This document shows, in pieces, positions 58,363 to 64,000 of a stretch of DNA of 64,000 bases. The position numbers and the translations under genes were made by a program. Origin of the DNA: a virus (lineage: Duplodnaviria; Caudoviricetes); IMG/VR virus record IMGVR_UViG_3300031760_000005, positions 32,001-96,000 of that record, one strand, 5' to 3'. Below the pieces are notes generated by a model. The model searched no databases and was not told the DNA's origin. It was given only the letters and a program-made list of their open reading frames with translations. Numbering within the stretch: the first letter of the stretch is position 1; the number at the start of each line of letters is the position of its first letter.

Positions 58363-58794
58363 TTAACGGTTATAAATTTTTAGATTTTGTCCAGCTGTCA
58401 TAATTTCTTGACGTGTCTTAATAAATTCTAATTTCATACCTGCAATGTACCAATTCATCATAGCAGAAAATATATAATTATTAATATTATCTGGAACACT
58501 ATTAAATATAATATCTGGATTATTCAAAGCATGTTCTTGTGCAACTTCATATGATATTTGCTTATTACATTTTGTATCACATGGATGTTGCTTAGCTATG
58601 CCACACACTAAAATACGATTGTTATGATGATCTTCATAAAGATTACCTATAATAGTTACTGATTGTTCAGTACCATATTTTTCGTAATCACGACCATTTA
58701 TTTTAACATATTTTGAAGACTCTCTATTTTTGTCAATTGTAGTATAACAAAATGAATTAACTAATTGTTTTGTTGTAAAATCAAATTTTTCCAT
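58363..58794 (-). CDS. hypothetical protein
   Basis: ORF in operon. Confidence 0.7.
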   Translation of the reverse strand: MEKFDFTTKQLVNSFCYTTIDKNRESSKYVKINGRDYEKYGTEQSVTIIGNLYEDHHNNRILVCGIAKQHPCDTKCNKQISYEVAQEHALNNPDIIFNSVPDNINNYIFSAMMNWYIAGMKLEFIKTRQEIMTAGQNLKIYNR

Positions 58795-58812
58795 ATTTAC
58801 TTTATGTTTGAA

Positions 58813-59286
58813 TTAATTTTTAAATTTAATGTTTTTATAATATCTATCTTTACATTCTTTTATAATCTCTTTAGGGATATATGGTTGATTTATATCGCAA
58901 TAATCACAAGAGTCCGCATTATTAAAAAGCTTTGTAAGTGATATTTCTTTTAATTCAACAACTTCGTTATCAAAGTATATGCAGAAAAGCTTTGATAAAC
59001 CTTTACTATAACACTCTAATTCTTCTTCAACTACTTTATAACCAAGTGATTCTAATAATTTAATATCTTCATAATCAAATTTACAAATATTAAATAAAAA
59101 ATATTTAAAAGCGTTGAATGAAATAAATGCAAACATGGCATCATTATAATATGCTACTGCATGTGTATATGGACGTATTGTCTTTGTACCATGATTAAGT
59201 TTAGTCAATATTGCATTATGATTAAAATTATCTACACCAAAAATAATTTCATCATTTGTTGTATTTATTAATCTATAAGCTTTCAT
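58813..59286 (-). CDS. hypothetical protein
   Basis: ORF in operon. Confidence 0.7.
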   Translation of the reverse strand: MKAYRLINTTNDEIIFGVDNFNHNAILTKLNHGTKTIRPYTHAVAYYNDAMFAFISFNAFKYFLFNICKFDYEDIKLLESLGYKVVEEELECYSKGLSKLFCIYFDNEVVELKEISLTKLFNNADSCDYCDINQPYIPKEIIKECKDRYYKNIKFKN

Positions 59287-59318
59287 AATTATTTTAAAAT
59301 AACTTGTTAAATTTCTTA

Positions 59319-59675
59319 TTATTTATTTATCGGTATGCATTGTTTCCAAAATTTTAAAAAATCTTCTTGTTCTTTAATTGTTAAATTTTCTGTTTGATAT
59401 ATATCGTTTATGGAATGAATTTTTAATTTATCATTATTTTTCGTATTAAATAAATAATAGAAAGCAACACCATTTTTATATTCTGAATCTAATAAAATTT
59501 TATCAAAAGTTGCTTCTAAATATGGTTCTTCTTCTAAACTATTTAATTTATTTCTAATAATAAATTTATCGCCATGTTGTGGATCTGGACGATTATGAAA
59601 ATCTTCCCAAACACTACAAATAAATGGATTAAAACATTGTACGAATTTATAGAATTCTTTAAATTGCTTATTCAT
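59319..59675 (-). CDS. hypothetical protein
   Basis: ORF in operon. Confidence 0.65.
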   Translation of the reverse strand: MNKQFKEFYKFVQCFNPFICSVWEDFHNRPDPQHGDKFIIRNKLNSLEEEPYLEATFDKILLDSEYKNGVAFYYLFNTKNNDKLKIHSINDIYQTENLTIKEQEDFLKFWKQCIPINK

Positions 59676-59735
59676 AATTTATTTAATTAAAGATATCTTA
59701 ATTCAAAATAGATATTTATTATATACATATTCAAA

Positions 59736-60713
59736 TTATATTATTAATTCATTTTTAAAATAAGATATTGTTTCTTTTAATCCATAATCTAATGTTATAT
59801 TAGGTTGCCATCCAGTTTTATTTTTTAATTTATTAATATTTGCTTTACGTTGCATTGGATCATCTATAGGTAAATCTTCAAATATAAGTTTAGACTTTGA
59901 ATTAGTATATTTAATTACCATTTTTGCTAATTCTAATATTGTGAATTCAAAATCAGTCCCAATATTAACCGGTCCTGTAAATTCATCTTCAGTATTCATC
60001 ATCGCTTCTATACCATTTAATAAATCATCTATATATTGAAATGATCTAGTTTGAGAACCATCCCCATAAATAGTTATTGGTTTATTTTGTATTGCTTGAC
60101 AAATAAAATTAGAAATAACACGACCATCATTAGGATCCATATAAGGTCCATATGTATTGAATATTCTAATTAATTTTACTTTGCATCCACATTTTGAATA
60201 TTCATATATAATAGTTTCTGCAATACGTTTACCTTCATCATAACAAGCACGTGGGCCAAAAGTATTAACATTACCTTTATATTCTTCAGTTTGTGGATGT
60301 ACTAAAGGATCTCCATAAACTTCAGAAGTTGATGCATGTAATAATTTTGCATTATATTTAATAGTTAAATCACATATATATTCAATAGCTAAAGAACAAT
60401 GAACAGTATATAAAGGATTGATTTGATATTTTGGTGGAGAAGCCGGACAAGCTAAATTATAAATTTCATCAACATAGTCATTTAAAAAATTTTTAATAAT
60501 ATTATTTAATTCATCCCAAATGTTTACAGTAACATCACCATAAAAAAAATAATAATTAGAAAATCCTAAAAATTGATCTACGTTTTGTTTTTTACTTGTA
60601 TAAAAATTATCAATACATAATATCTTATGTCCTTGATTTAATAATTTTTTAGTTAAATTTGTTCCAATAAAACCAGCACCTCCAAATATAATAATATTTT
60701 TCATTAAATACAA
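59736..60713 (-). CDS. UDP-glucuronate decarboxylase (UDP-xylose synthase)
   Basis: GGAGFIG, NLACPASP, ASTSEVYGDP, GPRACYDEGKR, RIFNTYGP, DGRVISNF. Confidence 0.93.
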   Translation of the reverse strand: MYLMKNIIIFGGAGFIGTNLTKKLLNQGHKILCIDNFYTSKKQNVDQFLGFSNYYFFYGDVTVNIWDELNNIIKNFLNDYVDEIYNLACPASPPKYQINPLYTVHCSLAIEYICDLTIKYNAKLLHASTSEVYGDPLVHPQTEEYKGNVNTFGPRACYDEGKRIAETIIYEYSKCGCKVKLIRIFNTYGPYMDPNDGRVISNFICQAIQNKPITIYGDGSQTRSFQYIDDLLNGIEAMMNTEDEFTGPVNIGTDFEFTILELAKMVIKYTNSKSKLIFEDLPIDDPMQRKANINKLKNKTGWQPNITLDYGLKETISYFKNELII

Positions 60714-60738
60714 TTATATATTTATATTAAAATAGAAA

Positions 60739-60764
60739 AAAGGTAGGAAATAATTCCTACCTTT
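60739..60764 (-). terminator. intrinsic terminator
   Basis: aaaggtaggaa/ttcctaccttt. Confidence 0.75.
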
Positions 60765-60795
60765 ATATAAATAAATTTAAATTAATAAATTATTC

Positions 60796-61017
60796 TTATT
60801 CAGCATTATTTTTTGGTTTTTGTTGAATACTTGATTTTTTTTCTTTTTTAACTGTGCATTTATTATCTTCACATTCGGCATTCAACTTTTCTTTAATTTT
60901 ATTAGCTTCATCTTCAGATTCAAAGAAATTATACATAGTACCATCATTAAAATATACAGTATAAACATCATCATCTGAAGATTGTTCTTCTAAAATAAAT
61001 TCTTTTAAAGTCTTCAT
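60796..61017 (-). CDS. small putative internal head protein
   Basis: N-terminus MKTLKEFILE-E. Confidence 0.7.
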   Translation of the reverse strand: MKTLKEFILEEQSSDDDVYTVYFNDGTMYNFFESEDEANKIKEKLNAECEDNKCTVKKEKKSSIQQKPKNNAE

Positions 61018-61036
61018 GATATTTCTATATATTTAT

Positions 61037-62113
61037 TTATAACAAATCAGAATCATCTCCTCTATCATCATCAGACTCAGAATCATCGGAATCATCTTTT
61101 GTAGATTTATCATTTTCTGATTTATCATTTTCTGATTTATCTTTATTTTCGTCTTTATCTTTATTTTCTTTATCTTCGTCGTCCTTCTTTTCTTCGCGTG
61201 ATTTTTTCTCACCAGTTAATTTAAATACTGCTGGATCATCTGTTTTATCTGCTTCTAACATATCAAGTACAGATTCAATAAGTTTTTTAACCTCATCTGG
61301 AAGTTTTACGAGAGAGTCTTTAGCAAAGTCTTGCACCCATATTTTTTTATCATCACCAGCAAATATATGCATAAGAGAACGTATATTTTCAGAAGATTGT
61401 CCTGTAGGAAGTTTTTTAGTATATTTCCAACGAAGAGCAATGGCTTCTTCTCCATTTTTAAATTTAATAGCAGCAAAATAATATTCACGAGGAAGTTCTA
61501 TTTGTTGAGATACAAGAAGTTCAAGTTGTTTAGCTGCTTTAACTTTATCTTTCATATTAATAAGTTCCATAACCTTTTCAAGAGTAACATCTTTCATTTC
61601 TTCTTCAGCGTCATCTTCTTTAATTATAGAACTTACCTCAAATTCGTCATAAAGTGATTCTTTTGTTTCAACTGGAATAGCCCATTCTCCATAACCCGTA
61701 GAAACTGATACTGCATTAGGTTCTTGTTGTACTGGAGCTATAGCAGTTTTAATATCTTCAGGAGAGAAATAAACAACATAATACATACCAAGATTAATCT
61801 TAGTAATTTTTGTTAATCCTTGTTCAATTATATATGAAGCTAAAGTTTTTCCATCATTAAACAAAGGTTCATTTAATACATTATTTATTGATTCTTCATT
61901 TACAAATTTTGAACTATGAAGTTTAATTGATACACCATCTTCACCTAATCCAACAACTACGCCAAGATGTACAGCAAATAAGTTTTTAACATTTGTAATT
62001 ATATTTTGAATAGGTGTATAATGATTAGTTACGCCTGTTCCAATAACACCATTACCTGGATTAGTATCTGATGTTTTACAATGTTCAACCAATAATTGAG
62101 TTAGTTTTTTCAT
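61037..62113 (-). CDS. putative head-associated protein with acidic tail
   Basis: N-terminus MKKLTQLLVE; D/K/E low-complexity C-terminus. Confidence 0.65.
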   Translation of the reverse strand: MKKLTQLLVEHCKTSDTNPGNGVIGTGVTNHYTPIQNIITNVKNLFAVHLGVVVGLGEDGVSIKLHSSKFVNEESINNVLNEPLFNDGKTLASYIIEQGLTKITKINLGMYYVVYFSPEDIKTAIAPVQQEPNAVSVSTGYGEWAIPVETKESLYDEFEVSSIIKEDDAEEEMKDVTLEKVMELINMKDKVKAAKQLELLVSQQIELPREYYFAAIKFKNGEEAIALRWKYTKKLPTGQSSENIRSLMHIFAGDDKKIWVQDFAKDSLVKLPDEVKKLIESVLDMLEADKTDDPAVFKLTGEKKSREEKKDDEDKENKDKDENKDKSENDKSENDKSTKDDSDDSESDDDRGDDSDLL

Positions 62114-62165
62114 ATTTTATACTATTATATAATTTATGTTTATGTAATTAAAAATAACTATAAAT

Positions 62166-62831
62166 TTAAAATTGTCTCCAAAAATGAAATATTTGTTGGA
62201 GTGTAGCTTTTGAAAAGTGCCCTTCAGTAAAACACGCTGTTGGAATTAAACGTGTTGGTAATACATATGAAGCGCCTCTTAAAACTGGAATATACATTTT
62301 AACGCCAAATCCAATTTTTGCATTTGTTTTTGCTAAATGTTTTACTGCTTGATAAGATATCCATGTATTTGGTTTACCAGTAACTTCATTGAAATTTTTA
62401 TCAAAAAATGGTTTAAAATGCTGATAAACTGCTTCAATAATTCTTGTTCTGGTAAATGGTGGATAATAATGTAAATTAATACCAACTTCGCGAATATTAC
62501 CGTCATCCGTTCTTGTTATTCCACAAAATAATGTTAAAGGAGTAGCGTCATAATATTCAAGTTCTTCTTTAAATTTTGGTTGAGAATAATGAAATAATAC
62601 AATTTGACCAGGAAGAAGATATCTTTTTGTTGGTTTATTCAATTTTAATAATTCTTGATATGCTAATTTAGAACGAATAACAGTTGGACGTTTAGCTAAT
62701 GGATGATTATCAATAGCTTCATTAATGTGAAAATCTTTAATCTCATCTTCACTATATATTTTTCTATCTAAATCTTTTAGATTAAATACATGTCCTAATG
62801 TTGTTTGTTCTGGTTTATAAATTATTGGCAT
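62166..62831 (-). CDS. DNA end protector, T4 gp2-like
   Basis: PGQIVLFHY..K.K..L.YYD..PL...GINLHYYPP..R. Confidence 0.8.
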   Translation of the reverse strand: MPIIYKPEQTTLGHVFNLKDLDRKIYSEDEIKDFHINEAIDNHPLAKRPTVIRSKLAYQELLKLNKPTKRYLLPGQIVLFHYSQPKFKEELEYYDATPLTLFCGITRTDDGNIREVGINLHYYPPFTRTRIIEAVYQHFKPFFDKNFNEVTGKPNTWISYQAVKHLAKTNAKIGFGVKMYIPVLRGASYVLPTRLIPTACFTEGHFSKATLQQIFHFWRQF

Positions 62832-63142
62832 ACTAAAATCATTAAAATATTTATAAATGTACCTATAACTGAACCAATTATATCAGCTACAATATCTTTA
62901 AATTCAACTTTAGTTTTACGTAATTTTAAATCAATAATATATTCTTTAAATATTCCTATTAAAACTGTTATAACAAATGATATGCCTAAACTTATATAAG
63001 GATTTAATTTAAAACTTAAAAAAATTATAAATAATATATTAGTAATTAATGTTGAACAATATGAATGTAAAAATACATCTTTAGTAGTTGAATCTACAAA
63101 ATTATATATTTTATCAATAATTTTTAATAAAAATTCTTTCAT
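62822..63142 (-). CDS. VanZ/YfiM-like small membrane protein
   Basis: D..LH, IGIFKE..D, D..AD..G with TM helices. Confidence 0.65.
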   Translation of the reverse strand: MKEFLLKIIDKIYNFVDSTTKDVFLHSYCSTLITNILFIIFLSFKLNPYISLGISFVITVLIGIFKEYIIDLKLRKTKVEFKDIVADIIGSVIGTFINILMILVCQ

Positions 63143-63616
63143 TTATTTATCATAATATTTTTGAATATAATGAAATACATCTGATATATATTTCCCTTGA
63201 TTTTCTTTTATTGATTCTTTGCCAAACCATTTATATTCAGTATGTTCTTTCGACAATTTTATTTCTGGTTTAGATTCCATTTCTATAATAAAATATTCAG
63301 TATAAGAAACTACTTTATCATCATTACCAGGTCCTAAATGTTCCTGTTTTCCAAAATATTTCATTGAATATTCTTCATTAAATGATAATGTTATTCCAGT
63401 TTCTTCTTTTATTTCTCTAATTAGTGCATCTTTAGTTGTTTTATCTGATTCATTTACTGAACCTCCAACAAACCCCCATTTACCTTTAAATAAATCTACA
63501 TAATTAGATCTTTTAAGTAAAAGAATTTCGTCAGTATCTTTATTGACTAATATTCCATCTACATAATGTTTTATTTCATCTTTACTTTCTTTTATATAGT
63601 CAATTAATTGTTTCAT
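63143..63616 (-). CDS. NUDIX hydrolase with CTS-like N-terminus
   Basis: GG.V...D....ALIREIKEETG; SKEH; starts MKQLIDYIKE-S. Confidence 0.9.
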   Translation of the reverse strand: MKQLIDYIKESKDEIKHYVDGILVNKDTDEILLLKRSNYVDLFKGKWGFVGGSVNESDKTTKDALIREIKEETGITLSFNEEYSMKYFGKQEHLGPGNDDKVVSYTEYFIIEMESKPEIKLSKEHTEYKWFGKESIKENQGKYISDVFHYIQKYYDK

Positions 63617-63632
63617 TATCTATTATATTTAT

Positions 63633-64000
63633 TTAATATCCAATACATAAACTCATGTCATATGTATTAAATGGATCTTCAACTGTACCAGCAGCATGAC
63701 AATTAAGTGTTCCTACCATAAATGGATTTTCAGAACCTTTAACAAATATTTCTACTTTATATTGTTTCCATTGAGACATTCCATCCTTTGATTTACGATA
63801 TCCGCCATCATCTGGAGCTACCGAAACATCATATTCATGCTCAGGATTTTTTATAGTTTTTAAAGCGTCATCAATATCTTGTCTAACTAATTTAACACCA
63901 GCCCAATTATCATCGTGATAATAATGACCTGTGGTTTTAGTTTTATCTAATTGTTTATAGATGGCATTTTGAATTTTTTTCTTTTCTGGAGCTTTAATAG
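63633..64000 (-). CDS. hypothetical protein, 5'-truncated by the window edge
   Basis: Open frame ...YHDDNWAGV...CHAAGTVEDPFNTYDMSLCIGY*. Confidence 0.7.
   Translation of the reverse strand, partial: IKAPEKKKIQNAIYKQLDKTKTTGHYYHDDNWAGVKLVRQDIDDALKTIKNPEHEYDVSVAPDDGGYRKSKDGMSQWKQYKVEIFVKGSENPFMVGTLNCHAAGTVEDPFNTYDMSLCIGY

Noticed and set aside
1-64000. TAG-to-Gln recoding (code 15) as in Lak megaphages
   Set aside because: Long genes, including the 3727-aa structural gene, are intact in code 11. The two TAG-ending genes I noticed (18032, 24734) would gain only 2-4 residues, so there is no positive evidence.

Overview
A very AT-rich, densely coding 64 kb segment of a T4-related (myovirus-type) jumbo or mega-phage, read in standard code 11. 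The host is probably Bacteroidales (Prevotella-type OmpA, A-rich translation starts without Shine-Dalgarno). Virion genes: gp25- and gp6-like baseplate wedge proteins, a 3727-aa tape-measure-like protein with a tail-tube-like neighbour, a gp2-like DNA end protector, a probable head-core protein and a stand-alone Peptidase_G2 chaperone. Nucleic-acid genes: DinG-like helicase, RuvC-like resolvase, dUTPase, IMPDH/GMP reductase, RtcB, an RNA ligase, a PARG macrodomain, NUDIX, HNH and GIY-YIG. There are also sugar-modification genes (two GT2, a DUF4422-like protein, UDP-xylose synthase) and long runs of small early-type ORFs behind TTGAAW-N17-TATATT promoters. The most unusual observations are four. 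(1) A non-coding-looking array of about 90-bp units at 21.6-21.9 kb, each carrying a minigene ending Pro-TAA (MIRDRP twice with synonymous-only differences, MEVRPPP, one broken copy), followed by a structured segment and a terminator. (2) About 15 mostly unrelated proteins share a 10-residue N-terminus resembling the T4 capsid-targeting sequence, suggesting a large injected-cargo set (DUF285 repeat proteins, AAA ATPase, NUDIX, a nuclease-like protein, small acidic proteins). (3) A prohead-protease paralogue that appears catalytically dead. (4) Several intergenic structured or palindromic elements. All family calls come from motif recognition by eye; no searches were run.
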